Shown in pieces: positions 29,731-40,487 of a DNA stretch of 64,000 nt. The notes under the pieces were generated by a model. The model was given only the letters and a program-made list of their open reading frames with translations. It did no database searches and was not told the origin of the DNA. Location: NCBI GenBank assembly GCA_050949885.1, contig JBMNGO010000007.1:103549-167548 (forward strand). Direction: 5' to 3'. Position 1 is the stretch's first letter, and every line of letters starts with the position of its first letter. Origin of the DNA: Syntrophomonadaceae bacterium. GTDB lineage: Bacteria > Bacillota > Syntrophomonadia > Syntrophomonadales > Syntrophomonadaceae. A program made the translations under genes and the position numbers.

Positions 29731-29863
29731 TCCCTTAAGGACGAAAAATCGTACCATAGGTATAATGGCCTTACAGGCAGGGATATGGTCCCTGCCTATT
29801 GAATTTTTGGTCAAGTAGTATATGTTTGATAATGGACATAATAATAACCAAAGGTGGTGCAAG

Positions 29864-32479
29864 ATGAATCAAAAGAAGCTCTTAGTTATAGATGGAAACA
29901 GCTTGCTGTTTCGTGCCTTTTATGCCTTGCCCCTGCTGCACACCAGTGATGGTGTTTACACTAACGCTGTTTACGGTTTTTTGACCATGTTTAAAAAGGT
30001 AATGGATAATGAGAATCCCAGCCATATAGTGGTGGCCTTTGACAAGGACAGGCAAACCTTCCGGACCCAGCTATTTGACGCCTACAAAGCTAACCGTTCG
30101 GCGCCCCCGGAGGAATTAAAGGGGCAGTTTCAGCTGGTGCGTGAGGTACTGACTGCCCTTAACGTGGATTACCTGGAGGTGCCGGGATACGAAGCCGATG
30201 ATATTATTGGCACCCTGAGTCAAATGGCCCAGGACGATGAAATGGACTGTATTATCGTGACCGGCGATGGTGATGCTTTGCAGTTGGTATCTGAAAAAGT
30301 CCAAGTGATTATGATCAAAAAAGGCATCAGTGAAATAGAAAAATACGATATAGCCAAGGTAAAAGAAAATTGGGAAGTAACCCCGGATAGGATGATAGAT
30401 ATAAAAGCTTTGATGGGGGACTCCTCCGATAATATACCTGGAGTACCCGGAGTGGGTGCCAAAACCGCTATTAAGCTTATCAAGGAATTTGGCAGCCTGG
30501 AGAACCTTTATGCCAGCCTGAGCCAGGTGAAAGGGCAAAAACTGGTGGAAAGGCTGGCTGCAAACAAAGACCAGGCCTATATGAGCAGGGAGTTGGCTAC
30601 TATTGTACGGGATATGAACCTCAATTGCAGGTTAGCAGATTTTAATGTGAAGGAACCCCATAGAGAAGAACTGATGCAGCTGTACAAACGACTCCAGTTT
30701 GGCAATTTTTTAAAACTGCTGCAAGAGCAGGATGCCCACCGGGTCTATGACCCCGTAGAGTTCCAGGAAACCATAGAAATAAAAAGGCTGAACTCGGAAA
30801 GGGAAGTAAAGGAACTTATTGACACAATACCGGACGGGGATAAGGTGGCAGTATACTTTGAAGTTGACCACCGGCATCCTATGTGGGCGCAACCTATCGG
30901 TTTGTTCTGGGAATGGCAGGATCAGGTGTATCAATTGCCCCTGCAGGATAACCCCCGGGACAGGCTGGAATGGGTCAGGCCTTTCCTGGCGTCCGAGCAA
31001 ATAAAAAAGATATTTCATAACGCTAAATTTGCCGAAGTACTGCTAATGCGTTGGGGAATCGAGCTTAAGGGAATTTATGGCGACACCCTGCTGGCTATTT
31101 ATGTTGATGACCCCTCTTTTGATGGCGAATCACCTGTGAACAGCATGAAAAGGTATCTGGGTATAGACCCGGGAGACCGGCCGGCAGCCATTGCGGCCAA
31201 TATCCGTAGACTGTATAATGCCTTACTGGAACGTATACCCCAGGAACTCAAAGACTTGTTGGCCCAAGTGGAGCAGCCCTTATCCACCATATTAGCCCAT
31301 ATGGAGTTTTGGGGAGTAAAAGTGGAAAAATCCACCCTGCACGAAATTTCAATAGAACTGGCATCCCGAATCCGGGAATGCGAAAAGGCCATTTTTGACC
31401 TGGCCGGATATGAGTTTAATATCAATTCTCCCAAGCAATTAGGCAAATTGTTATTTGAAGATTTGGGACTAAAGGCCAGCAAGAAGACGAAAACCGGTTA
31501 TTCCACAGGTGCTGAGGTGTTAGAAAGCTTGTATGGCAAGCACCAGATCGTCCCATATCTTATGGACTACCGTTTAATAAGCAAGTTAAAATCTACTTAT
31601 GCAGATTCTCTGCAGGCCCTGATTCATCCCGATACAGGCAGGGTACATACCATATTTAAGCAGGCCCAAACCGCAACAGGAAGGCTCTCCAGCGTTGAGC
31701 CCAATTTACAGAATATTCCTATAAGAATGGAAGAAGGCCGCAGAATTAGAAAAGCCTTTACAGCCCCGCAAGATGGGTGGCTCTTGGTTTCTGCTGACTA
31801 TTCCCAGATTGATCTGCGTTCTTTAGCCCATATATCGGGAGATGAGGTATTAATCCAAACCTTCCGGGAAAAGGTGGATATCCACGCTAGAACAGCATCG
31901 GAAATATTCCATGTTCCCCTGCATCAGATTAACGAGGATTTGCGGCGCCGGGCCAAAGCGGTCAATTTTGGCATTATTTATGGGATCAGTGAGTACGGTT
32001 TGGCTAGGGATACCGGAGTCAGCCGGATGGAAGCCAGAGAATACATAAAAAAATACCTGGACACCTATCCCGGGGTTAGACAATACATGGAAGACATAGT
32101 TGCCTTTGGGAAAAAATACGGCTATGTGGAAACCATATTAAAACGCCGCAGATATATTCCGGATCTTAATGCCTCCAATAAAAATGTACAGGCTTTTGCC
32201 CGCCGTATGGCGTTGAATACCCCCATTCAAGGCACATCAGCCGATATTATTAAACTGGCCATGATTAAAGTATTCCGGGAATTGAAAAGACAGGGATTGG
32301 AATCCCGCCTGCTGCTGCAGGTTCATGATGAGTTGGTTTTGGAAGTGCCCAAGAAAGAGCTGGATGGGGTAGCTCAACTATTAGAGGATTGCATGCAAAA
32401 TGCTTATGAATTAAAAGTACCCCTGGATACAACCATAAAAATAGGGGAGAACTGGTATGACCTAAAACCCTATAGATAG
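29864..32479 (+). CDS. polA: DNA polymerase I
   Basis: 5'-nuclease N-terminus (LLVIDGNSLLFRAFYAL), polymerase motifs (DYSQIDLR, RRAKAVNFGIIYG, QVHDELV). The start is moved to the ATG at 29864. Confidence 0.95.
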   Translation: MNQKKLLVIDGNSLLFRAFYALPLLHTSDGVYTNAVYGFLTMFKKVMDNENPSHIVVAFDKDRQTFRTQLFDAYKANRSAPPEELKGQFQLVREVLTALNVDYLEVPGYEADDIIGTLSQMAQDDEMDCIIVTGDGDALQLVSEKVQVIMIKKGISEIEKYDIAKVKENWEVTPDRMIDIKALMGDSSDNIPGVPGVGAKTAIKLIKEFGSLENLYASLSQVKGQKLVERLAANKDQAYMSRELATIVRDMNLNCRLADFNVKEPHREELMQLYKRLQFGNFLKLLQEQDAHRVYDPVEFQETIEIKRLNSEREVKELIDTIPDGDKVAVYFEVDHRHPMWAQPIGLFWEWQDQVYQLPLQDNPRDRLEWVRPFLASEQIKKIFHNAKFAEVLLMRWGIELKGIYGDTLLAIYVDDPSFDGESPVNSMKRYLGIDPGDRPAAIAANIRRLYNALLERIPQELKDLLAQVEQPLSTILAHMEFWGVKVEKSTLHEISIELASRIRECEKAIFDLAGYEFNINSPKQLGKLLFEDLGLKASKKTKTGYSTGAEVLESLYGKHQIVPYLMDYRLISKLKSTYADSLQALIHPDTGRVHTIFKQAQTATGRLSSVEPNLQNIPIRMEEGRRIRKAFTAPQDGWLLVSADYSQIDLRSLAHISGDEVLIQTFREKVDIHARTASEIFHVPLHQINEDLRRRAKAVNFGIIYGISEYGLARDTGVSRMEAREYIKKYLDTYPGVRQYMEDIVAFGKKYGYVETILKRRRYIPDLNASNKNVQAFARRMALNTPIQGTSADIIKLAMIKVFRELKRQGLESRLLLQVHDELVLEVPKKELDGVAQLLEDCMQNAYELKVPLDTTIKIGENWYDLKPYR

Positions 32480-32523
32480 GAGTTTATCACTGAAGTCTAT
32501 AGTATAGAAAGGAAGAACGATTA

Positions 32524-33330
32524 TTGCCCGAATTGCCAGAAGTAGAGACAATTGTTCAATCATTGCAGCCCTGCCTGGGAGCTACAGTCACCCAGATCCA
32601 TATAGCCCGGCCGGATATTGTAAGGCTCAGGGAATATGAGCCCGAAGATCTTTTGGGCTCCACCATAGAAAAAATATGGCGGCGGGGCAAGTACCTAATT
32701 CTAGTCTACGGACCCAGGAGAAACATGGTACTTCACCTGGGTATGAGCGGCCGTTTTTTCTCTGCAAGTTATGACTACATTATTAGTGAACCCCATGTTC
32801 ATTTAGTTATTACCCTGGGTAATGAGTATAAGCTGTTGTATCAAGATGCCCGGCGGTTTGGAGGGGTTTGGCTGGTCCAAGATATTTCTCGGTTTTTTGC
32901 CCACCTGGGTGTTGAACCTTTATCCCGCGGGTTTAACTGTGGGTATCTGAAAAAAATGATTCAAAATAGAAAGATTCCAATAAAGAGCCTCTTGCTGAAC
33001 CAGGATCAGGTTTGCGGAATTGGCAATATTTATGCAGATGAAGCATTATTTCGGGCTCAAATACGCCCTGACCGAATTTCTACCACCCTAACCCATGATG
33101 AGGTAAAACAGCTTTGCCAGGCTATCAAAAAGGTGCTGCGCCAGGGCATAAAGTACAGAGGGACCACCTTTAGGGATTATAGGGACGGGCAAAACCGCTC
33201 GGGGGAATTTCAGAAACACCTGCAAGTATATGGAAAAGAGGGACTGCCTTGTCCTAATTGCGGAAAGATGCTGACCAGAATCAAAATTGGGGGAAGAAGC
33301 AGCCACTTCTGCGGCCATTGCCAGAAATAG
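32524..33330 (+). CDS. mutM: formamidopyrimidine-DNA glycosylase
   Basis: N-terminal PELPEVE after a TTG start. C-terminal zinc finger CPNCG...HFCGHCQ. Confidence 0.92.
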   Translation: MPELPEVETIVQSLQPCLGATVTQIHIARPDIVRLREYEPEDLLGSTIEKIWRRGKYLILVYGPRRNMVLHLGMSGRFFSASYDYIISEPHVHLVITLGNEYKLLYQDARRFGGVWLVQDISRFFAHLGVEPLSRGFNCGYLKKMIQNRKIPIKSLLLNQDQVCGIGNIYADEALFRAQIRPDRISTTLTHDEVKQLCQAIKKVLRQGIKYRGTTFRDYRDGQNRSGEFQKHLQVYGKEGLPCPNCGKMLTRIKIGGRSSHFCGHCQK

Positions 33331-33440
33331 CTGCTGGTTAGCTTCTCTGGCAGGTTAACATTTTGTTGTTTCCATCCATATAGTAGAAATATATCTACTC
33401 GTAGCAGGAAAGCTTGTAATCTGGATGGGAGTGACATGGT

Positions 33441-34076
33441 TTGGACTATCTGACCATAGTGCTGTTTGCCCTGGCCGTTAGTGCGGACGGCTTTGCCGTG
33501 GGAGTTGCTTACGGAATAAAGCAAATTGTTATCCCTCTCAAGTCATTGATTGTTATAGCTATTGCTTCGGCCACCGCTGTCACCATGTCCATGCTTATAG
33601 GCAAAGGATTAATCTTCGCCGTACCTGATTATTGGGCTTCGAGGATTGGAGCGGCCATCCTGATACTAATGGGTATTTATTTCCTTTTGCGGGGTTGCCG
33701 GGAGAGTATTAATAATATTGCCGCAGATGAGGAAAAACCCTTAGTGACTTTAAATATCAGAATGCTGGGGATAATCATCCAGATATTAAAAGAACCTGCC
33801 CGGGCTGATTTTGATGCTTCCGGGGTGATAAATACCAGAGAAGCTTTCTTCCTGGGATTGGCTCTGTCCTTGGACGCTCTAGGAGCCGGTATCGGAATAG
33901 CCTTGGCAGGTTTTGATATTTTCTGTACTGCAGTGACAGTGGGTATGCTAAAATTTATTTTAGTGAGTTCCGGAGTCTTTATGGGGCGCATTATATCAGG
34001 GGAAATATTTAGAAATGTCTCTCTTTTCGTTCCCGGATTAATCTTTATCATGCTGGGAGTTTGGGAAGTCTTCTAA
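33441..34076 (+). CDS. ytaF: sporulation membrane protein YtaF (MntP-like)
   Basis: 211-aa polytopic protein with SADGFAVG and SLDALGAG motifs. Sits in the Bacillus polA-mutM-ytaF-coaE order. Confidence 0.75.
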   Translation: MDYLTIVLFALAVSADGFAVGVAYGIKQIVIPLKSLIVIAIASATAVTMSMLIGKGLIFAVPDYWASRIGAAILILMGIYFLLRGCRESINNIAADEEKPLVTLNIRMLGIIIQILKEPARADFDASGVINTREAFFLGLALSLDALGAGIGIALAGFDIFCTAVTVGMLKFILVSSGVFMGRIISGEIFRNVSLFVPGLIFIMLGVWEVF

Positions 34077-34097
34077 TAATTAAGGCTGGGTGGTATT

Positions 34098-34700
34098 ATG
34101 GTCAAGGTAATTGGTTTGACCGGCGGCATAGCCAGCGGCAAAAGTACTGTGGCCGGGCAATTGAAAAAACTGGGAGCGGCTATTATTGATGCAGATGAGA
34201 TCGCTCATCAAGTAATTGAACCACAGCAACCGGCCTGGAAAGAGATTGTGGAGGCTTTCGGCACCGGTATTCTTTCCCATGATAATACCATTGACCGGAA
34301 AAAACTGGGGCAAATTGTATTTGATGATCCTGCCAGGCTTAAGCAATTGAATAGCATAACTCATCCCCATATAAGGGAGAAAATACTGCAAGCTATCCAA
34401 CAATTGAAAAATGCTGGAGCCCGGGTTATTGTTCTGGACATTCCACTGTTGTATGAAACCGGGTGGGACAAAATGACTGATGAAGTTTGGGTAGTGTGGC
34501 TAGATCGTGAAACCCAAATTGAAAGGCTCATGCAGCGTGACGGGCTTGACCGTCTCACTGCCCTTAAACGTATTGCTTCCCAGATGTCGCTGGATAAAAA
34601 GGCTTCGCGGGCCGATGTGGTAATTGACAACAGCGGAAAAATAGAGGAAACATTAGATTGCGTAACCAGATATTACAAAGCAACAATACCACGCGCTTAA
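34098..34700 (+). CDS. coaE: dephospho-CoA kinase
   Basis: P-loop GLTGGIASGKST. About 200 aa. Conserved synteny. Confidence 0.92.
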   Translation: MVKVIGLTGGIASGKSTVAGQLKKLGAAIIDADEIAHQVIEPQQPAWKEIVEAFGTGILSHDNTIDRKKLGQIVFDDPARLKQLNSITHPHIREKILQAIQQLKNAGARVIVLDIPLLYETGWDKMTDEVWVVWLDRETQIERLMQRDGLDRLTALKRIASQMSLDKKASRADVVIDNSGKIEETLDCVTRYYKATIPRA

Positions 34701-35317
34701 ATAATAATGTAATACAGATTAATAAACCACGGAGGTTGTTGCCAGTGGCGCGCTACCCCAAACGGCGTTTCCCTCTTTTTATTTGGCTCAGTATTATTCT
34801 TTTCCTGTTGGCGGTCCTAACCTTTCCGCAATGGATAGTAATTTTTTATCCCCAGCCCCACCGGGAATTGGTTATATCCAACGCCTATCAGAATAACGTA
34901 AGTCCCTACCTGGTATTTGCCATAATCAGGGCTGAAAGCAAGTACCAGAGCAATGCCGAATCGTCTGCTGGTGCTCTGGGTTTGATGCAGATTATGCCTG
35001 ATACTGCCAAATGGATTGCTGAACAACGGGGAATTAAGGATTTCCGGGCTGATCAGCTCATGGACCCTGCCATTAATATTAGTTTTGGCTGCTGGTATTT
35101 ATCTCAACTAAGCAAGGAATTTGATGGGAGACTGCCTTTAGTTATTGCCGCCTACAATGCAGGCCGAGGAAATGTAAGGGAATGGGTAATCAATGACCAA
35201 TGGGATGGCAATCCCCAGGAACTCGAGAAAATTCCCTTTAACGAGACACAGAAATATGTAAGAAATGTCTTGAAAAATTATGAGGCCTACCAAGCCATTT
35301 ATTTACCGCAACACTGA
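34658..35317 (+). CDS. lytic transglycosylase (SLT domain), membrane-anchored
   Basis: AESKYQSNAESSAGALGLMQIM and AAYNAG motifs, N-terminal TM segment. The start is uncertain. TTG 34658 lies 9 nt after GAGGA and overlaps coaE. Confidence 0.8.
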   Translation: MRNQILQSNNTTRLNNNVIQINKPRRLLPVARYPKRRFPLFIWLSIILFLLAVLTFPQWIVIFYPQPHRELVISNAYQNNVSPYLVFAIIRAESKYQSNAESSAGALGLMQIMPDTAKWIAEQRGIKDFRADQLMDPAINISFGCWYLSQLSKEFDGRLPLVIAAYNAGRGNVREWVINDQWDGNPQELEKIPFNETQKYVRNVLKNYEAYQAIYLPQH

Positions 35318-35402
35318 GCAGCACCGGTTAAGATAAAAGAATAATTTCCATGCATGTCTAATATAATGTCCTTGAGAAAAACCTTGTTGAGGGGGGGACA
35401 TT

Positions 35403-37046
35403 ATGTACCTGGGTTTCCGGAGATTAGCATTGATAGGATCGGTTTTGGGACTGGCACTAATTGTGGCCGGTATTTTGTTTTTAAATAGGATTGCTGTGTT
35501 TACATCCGGGCCTGCCTCTCGACCATTTAATGCGGGGCTGGTAGGGAAGATAAGCACCCTGGAACCAGCCATCCTTAATTCCATGCAGGAGCGTATCATT
35601 TCTTCAGCTATTTACGAAGGACTAGTTTACTATGAGCAAAATGCCAGTATGGTTAAACCATTGTTGGCTCACAGCTGGGACTATTCCGCAGATGGAAAAA
35701 GCCTTACTATTTTCTTAAAACCGGATGTGTTATTTCATAATGGAAAAAAACTGGGAGCAGGGGACGTAAAAAAAGCGTGGGAGCAAAACTTTGTAACTGC
35801 GTCAGAATGGTCCAATGCCAGCCTATTCCTTACAATTACCGGCGCCCGTGATCTGCTGGAGGGCAAGAACCCGGAAATATCAGGAATTGAGGTGGTAAAT
35901 GACCAGACCCTGAAGATAACTTTTAATGAGCCCAATGCGGCTTTCGTTTACATGCTCACCAATCCAATGTTCTGGGTTTACGACCTTGATGATCAGGTGG
36001 TACCGGCACCTGGTACCGGACAATTTATATTGGAAAAAAACGAAAACAACCAAAAATATATTCTGTCCCGGAACGAGAGATATCATCTGGCCCCACCACT
36101 GCTGGAAACAATCAATATCACTGTATTTGCCAATGATTATCAGGCTCTGGGCGAATACCAGGCAGGGAAACTGGATTATCTGGACACCATACCCCTAAAA
36201 GAAATTAAAAACATCCGGAATAATGACCAGTACCAAAAGCGCTTAATAGAAAAACCCGTTCTTTCAACGTATTCTATCGGTTTTAATTTAAATAAAGCAC
36301 CCTTTGCCGGCAACTATCTGTTGAGAAGAGCCATTAATTATGCAGTTGACCGGGAGGCCATTATTGAAAACGTTATGGGAGGAGCATCCCGTCCCGCTAA
36401 GAGTGCAATACCTGCAGGAGTCGCCGGATACAACCGGGAAATGCCCGGTTATTCCTACAACCCGCAAAAGGCTTTGCAACTGCTTCAAGAGGCCGGGCTC
36501 ACAGAAGCCGATAAACAAAAACCCCTTTACCTTGTCTACAATAACAATGAGGGGCATCGGCTGGTGGCCCAGTCGGTTGCCCAGCAGTTAAGGGACATCG
36601 GCTTGAATGTGGAAACCCAGGCAATGGATTGGGACTCTTACAAAGAGGAGCTCCAACAAATGAATCTAACCCTTTTCCGTTTGGAATGGTATGCCGACTA
36701 TCCTGACCCTGACAGCTTTTTATATAGCCTTTTTCACAGTTGCCAGACCGGAATGAGTAATTTCACCGGATACTTTAACCCCCAGGTAGACAAAATACTG
36801 GATACCTCCCGGGCTGAGGTGATTAGCCACCAGGAGCGTATCAAACTGTTGAACCGGGCGGAACAGATAATTGTTGATGATGCCCCCTGTTTATGGCTTT
36901 TCCAGGGGCAAACCGCCAAGCTTATAGGAAAAGATGTGAAGAAACTAGATATTGATAATATGGGAATGATCAACTGGGCTACTCTGGAATTGAAGCCAGC
37001 CAGCCAGGCAGCCGCCGACAGCCTGGGGGAAAACAGGCAAAATTAG
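35403..37046 (+). CDS. ABC transporter substrate-binding protein, family 5 (peptide/nickel type), orphan
   Basis: 547 aa with an N-terminal TM anchor and SBP_bac_5-like sequence. No adjacent permease or ATPase genes. Confidence 0.75.
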   Translation: MYLGFRRLALIGSVLGLALIVAGILFLNRIAVFTSGPASRPFNAGLVGKISTLEPAILNSMQERIISSAIYEGLVYYEQNASMVKPLLAHSWDYSADGKSLTIFLKPDVLFHNGKKLGAGDVKKAWEQNFVTASEWSNASLFLTITGARDLLEGKNPEISGIEVVNDQTLKITFNEPNAAFVYMLTNPMFWVYDLDDQVVPAPGTGQFILEKNENNQKYILSRNERYHLAPPLLETINITVFANDYQALGEYQAGKLDYLDTIPLKEIKNIRNNDQYQKRLIEKPVLSTYSIGFNLNKAPFAGNYLLRRAINYAVDREAIIENVMGGASRPAKSAIPAGVAGYNREMPGYSYNPQKALQLLQEAGLTEADKQKPLYLVYNNNEGHRLVAQSVAQQLRDIGLNVETQAMDWDSYKEELQQMNLTLFRLEWYADYPDPDSFLYSLFHSCQTGMSNFTGYFNPQVDKILDTSRAEVISHQERIKLLNRAEQIIVDDAPCLWLFQGQTAKLIGKDVKKLDIDNMGMINWATLELKPASQAAADSLGENRQN

Positions 37047-37466
37047 AGAGCATAAAAACAGCCTCCAATAAATAAAGTATTTAAAGATGTAGGACCCAAA
37101 GCCAAAATCTTAATATAGAGCCTAAAGGACTACGCTACCTGGTTAACCGATGAAATCCCAATCAGGTTTTTCATCATGCTTACAAGATGTAAGTCAAATA
37201 CTGAATTCCGGGAAAAATAGCAGATTTAGGCCTTATAGCCCAAAACAAATAAATTTTCAGGCAAAGCCTTTTTTTAATTAAAATTAATGACAATATTTTA
37301 TTATAGTGTTAAACTTATATAGTAATTATTGGTTCACAGTACATCTTGCATTCTCCAAATTACAAAAACAAATCTAATGTTATTGAACAAAGCTAAAATT
37401 TGCAGCATATTATATACTGCTTGTGCATTTTATGCCAACTTTTAACGCATATAAAGAGGGTTATTT

Positions 37467-38396
37467 ATGAAAAAAGCGTTTATTATATTAGTTTTAGTAT
37501 TAGCCATGTGCAGTTCCCTTTTGGCCGGAACGATGGCTAATTATACTATCAGTTTGGATAATTTTGCTTCAGGAAGCGTTGTGGGCAAGGAATTTATCTT
37601 TCTAGAGTCCGGCACCGACACGTTTCAGGATGATATTAAAATAGCACCGACTGAGACTATCATCTGGCAGTTTGCAGTTAAAAATTATGACGGCAACTTG
37701 GTTACAGAAACCGATCTATACTACAATCTAGCCTTTGATGTAATTGCCACCCCCGGCAAAAGTGCTATTGATCCTCTGATTATCAAGATCAAGGATGGGG
37801 CTGGCACTGTTGTGGGTACAGTGCAAGGAACAGGCACACTTGATGTAGAGGGGAGCTTCCCTTTGTCGGAAACTGGTCAGAGTGCCTCTTATACAGTCGA
37901 AATATACTGGCCCAGCAACGATGAAACTGATATTAATTATGCCGGCCATAATTTTGGAACTACTATCAATGTCTCTGCTGCTGCATCACAACTGCCCTTC
38001 GGGGGAGGAGAAGTAGATCCTCCAGAGCCCCCAGAGCCCAGCGGCATTGCGGTTCTATTTGAGGCAGGAAAACCGTGGGACCAAAGTGGAGTTGATAAAT
38101 ATTATTTCTACATTACAATCACCAACAACACTGCTGAGATGATAACCAATTGGGAAATTGAGTTTTTGTTGAACGATATTATCGATTCCTATTATGAAGC
38201 CAGGGGTGACTACAGTGGTTTACCTGTTGGACAGTATCGCTTCTTGCATCCCCAGTTCTATAACCAAGACATTCCCAGCGGCGGCAGCGTACAGTTTAAC
38301 GGCATAATTAACGGTACAGGAAATACTCCTATTACATCTGTCAAGGTAAACAACCAAAATGCTGAAGTGACCTGTGAATACAATGTGATATTTTGA
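37467..38396 (+). CDS. SipW-cognate secreted protein: TasA/CalY-like N-terminal domain + Pro-rich linker + carbohydrate-binding-module-like C-terminal domain
   Basis: Signal peptide ends ...LLAGTMANYT (GTxAxF/Y SipW-type motif). Residues 30-175 are paralogous to 39159..39686. The C-terminal domain contains NWEIEF...GGSVQFNG, which resembles CBM2 (not verified). Confidence 0.75.
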   Translation: MKKAFIILVLVLAMCSSLLAGTMANYTISLDNFASGSVVGKEFIFLESGTDTFQDDIKIAPTETIIWQFAVKNYDGNLVTETDLYYNLAFDVIATPGKSAIDPLIIKIKDGAGTVVGTVQGTGTLDVEGSFPLSETGQSASYTVEIYWPSNDETDINYAGHNFGTTINVSAAASQLPFGGGEVDPPEPPEPSGIAVLFEAGKPWDQSGVDKYYFYITITNNTAEMITNWEIEFLLNDIIDSYYEARGDYSGLPVGQYRFLHPQFYNQDIPSGGSVQFNGIINGTGNTPITSVKVNNQNAEVTCEYNVIF

Positions 38397-38423
38397 TTAT
38401 TAGCAGCCCGGAGAGGATATAAA

Positions 38424-38921
38424 ATGAGAGCAAAAATTATTTTTATTATTTTCCTGGTATCCTCTGTTCTTATATCTTCTATACAAGAAACCTATTCAGG
38501 ATACTATACAGATTCCGGCTTTTCAATAGATGTGGGGCCTAATTCCGCTATTATTGAAGACCGATATAATGTGTATTTGCAAAACCAGATGCTTGGACAA
38601 CAGGAATTAGCCTTGGAAACACCCAAGCCAGAATCCGATCTCAATTTGGTACCTGGCCCTGATGAAATGTCAGACATAACTGAACCTGAACAGGAGGACA
38701 CTAACACAACATCTGATGATAGCACTGTGGAAGGAACTGAGCAAACGGATGGAGACGTCGAAGAAAATGAACCCTTGGGCGAATCCGGCAACGAACCAGC
38801 GCAACTGGAAACCCTTGAAGAGACTAATGATATTTATGCAGAAGCGGGGGACTCTAATGAAACTGACAATAGCCCCGACGAGACTATAGATACTCCTGAA
38901 ACGCCTGCTGAAGCTGAATAG
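38424..38921 (+). CDS. secreted highly acidic (D/E/T-rich) protein
   Basis: N-terminal signal/TM segment, then a low-complexity acidic tail. Tightly linked within the operon. Confidence 0.6.
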   Translation: MRAKIIFIIFLVSSVLISSIQETYSGYYTDSGFSIDVGPNSAIIEDRYNVYLQNQMLGQQELALETPKPESDLNLVPGPDEMSDITEPEQEDTNTTSDDSTVEGTEQTDGDVEENEPLGESGNEPAQLETLEETNDIYAEAGDSNETDNSPDETIDTPETPAEAE

Positions 38922-39158
38922 TGCAATTAAGAAAAGGAGGGAGAGAGGGATAAAAATGAAAACAACTTAATTGCTTGATGTTTATACAGTCGTTTACTTT
39001 AACTCCATGCGATATAGTTGAAAATGCATTGTAATGGTAAACCGGGCGAAAGTTCGGAGCACAAAGCTATAGGGTCTAAGTCCGTTGCGGATAGGATAGC
39101 CAGCTGCCAATGCAAATATATTGCATATTTCATTAAGATTGCAGGGAGGTTTTCTAAA

Positions 39159-39686
39159 ATGAAAAGGACATTGTTTATTTTTTCACTCTTGGTACTTATT
39201 GCATTTTGTGTAAATTCCGGCACTTTTGCCTTATACACCACAACCATTGATACACTTGCTGCAGGTAGTGTTGTGGCTAAAGAATTCATACTCGTAGAGG
39301 GAGGAACTGACAGTTTTACAGAGAACGTGAAAATTGCCCCAACCGAAACTAAAACTATGAGCTTTAGCGTAAAAAATTATGATGGAACAATAATTTCTGA
39401 AACTGCAATGGATCTTGACTTCACTGTTACAATTGCCGCAGCTGATGGAAAAGATGCAATTGACCCCTTGGAGGTTACCGTAATGAAGGGTGAAAATGTG
39501 CTTGGCACTAAGACTGGTACCGGTACGCTTACCTTTGTAGACGAGTTCACATTGAGTGAACTAGGCCAGGAGCATACCTATGACGTTAAAATAGAATGGC
39601 CTAGCAATAACGCAGTAGATATTGACTTTGCCGGGGCTGATTTCGGATCGGCAGTAACAGTATCTGTTACCGGAACTCAAAAATAA
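39159..39686 (+). CDS. SipW-cognate secreted TasA/CalY-like protein
   Basis: The start is moved to ATG 39159, 9 nt after GGGAGG. Signal ends ...NSGTFALYTT. Shares blocks with 37467 (AKEFIL-E-GTDSF, KIAPTET, VKNYDG, IEWPSN). Confidence 0.8.
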   Translation: MKRTLFIFSLLVLIAFCVNSGTFALYTTTIDTLAAGSVVAKEFILVEGGTDSFTENVKIAPTETKTMSFSVKNYDGTIISETAMDLDFTVTIAAADGKDAIDPLEVTVMKGENVLGTKTGTGTLTFVDEFTLSELGQEHTYDVKIEWPSNNAVDIDFAGADFGSAVTVSVTGTQK

Positions 39687-39696
39687 GTTGATGAAT

Positions 39697-39728
39697 AACA
39701 GCTGTCAGATAAGACGGCTGTTGTTTTT
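39697..39728 (+). terminator. intrinsic terminator/attenuator after the TasA-like gene, followed by a second 11-bp hairpin at 39737..39761
   Basis: AACAGCTGTC...GACGGCTGTT stem followed by GTTTTT. Then GAACCACCTGC-TGG-GCAGGTGGTTC. Confidence 0.65.
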
Positions 39729-39920
39729 GTAAAGCAGAACCACCTGCTGGGCAGGTGGTTCAAAAGGCTTTTGGGTAGGAAAAATCCTCTATTTTGAACA
39801 AGGCAGATTTTGCCATCTTACTGTGGAACAGAAGAGAAAAAATAAAATTGATAGTCTGTCAACATTGAAATTATCAATGCGCATAGCCTTGCACCAAACT
39901 ACAGAGAGGAGCAGTGCTTT

Positions 39921-40463
39921 ATGCGGGAGATGATGAATTACACAACAGATGAACAGATTGAAAAAATGCGTGAGGAACTTCGGCAGGCAAAAGAAAAAAA
40001 AGATAAAAAAAGTGGTAGTATTTTCAGCATGCAACAGTCTGACGCAAAACGGGTGCTGATAAAAGGAGCCGGCTGGTTTTTTTTCATTGTAATCGTTCTG
40101 CTTTTATTATCCACGCTGTATTCTGTGTTGCTGGCTAAAAGCAAAGGTGAGACTCCTTGCTTGGTTGGCTACCAGTTCTATGTGGTTAAATCCAATAGCA
40201 TGGCGCCTACATTCAAAACCGGGACAGTTATTTTGTCCAAAACCCCTGAGGACAGCTCCAAGCTGAATGTGGGGGACATTGTAACATTTAAAAACGCCAA
40301 TGGTGCGATAGTTACGCATAGGATTATTGAGGTCATAAAGACCGAAGGTGGACAAGTCAAATACCGTACCAAAGGTGATAACCCCATCAATTCTCCGGAT
40401 CGGGAGCTTTTGGATCCGCAACAAATCTTAGCCAGGGTAATTGCTAAAATTCCTTTAACATAA
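39921..40463 (+). CDS. sipW: signal peptidase I, SipW (archaeal/ER) type
   Basis: TM anchor, then catalytic Ser box KSNSMAPTF, His box IVTHRII and KGDNPINSPD. Confidence 0.85.
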   Translation: MREMMNYTTDEQIEKMREELRQAKEKKDKKSGSIFSMQQSDAKRVLIKGAGWFFFIVIVLLLLSTLYSVLLAKSKGETPCLVGYQFYVVKSNSMAPTFKTGTVILSKTPEDSSKLNVGDIVTFKNANGAIVTHRIIEVIKTEGGQVKYRTKGDNPINSPDRELLDPQQILARVIAKIPLT

Positions 40464-40487
40464 TGGCTGTTAAAAAGGAGAAACCTT

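Noticed and set aside
37030-37160. Possible c-di-GMP-I (GEMM-I) riboswitch upstream of the TasA-like operon. Short matches to remembered conserved segments are GGCAAA, GGACCCAAAGCC, GCCTAAA and GGTTAACCGATG.
   Set aside because: The first segment lies inside the end of the upstream CDS. The spacing between segments is about 30 nt too long for P2. I could not build the P1/P2 helices by eye. It is worth a cmscan (RF01051, RF01786) but cannot be supported from inspection.
39018-39158. Upstream extension of the second TasA-like gene (track start 39018, MKMHCNGKPGESS...).
   Set aside because: The extension is not hydrophobic or signal-like and has no RBS. ATG 39159 is preceded by GGGAGG at 9 nt and gives a normal signal peptide that aligns with the paralog at 37467.
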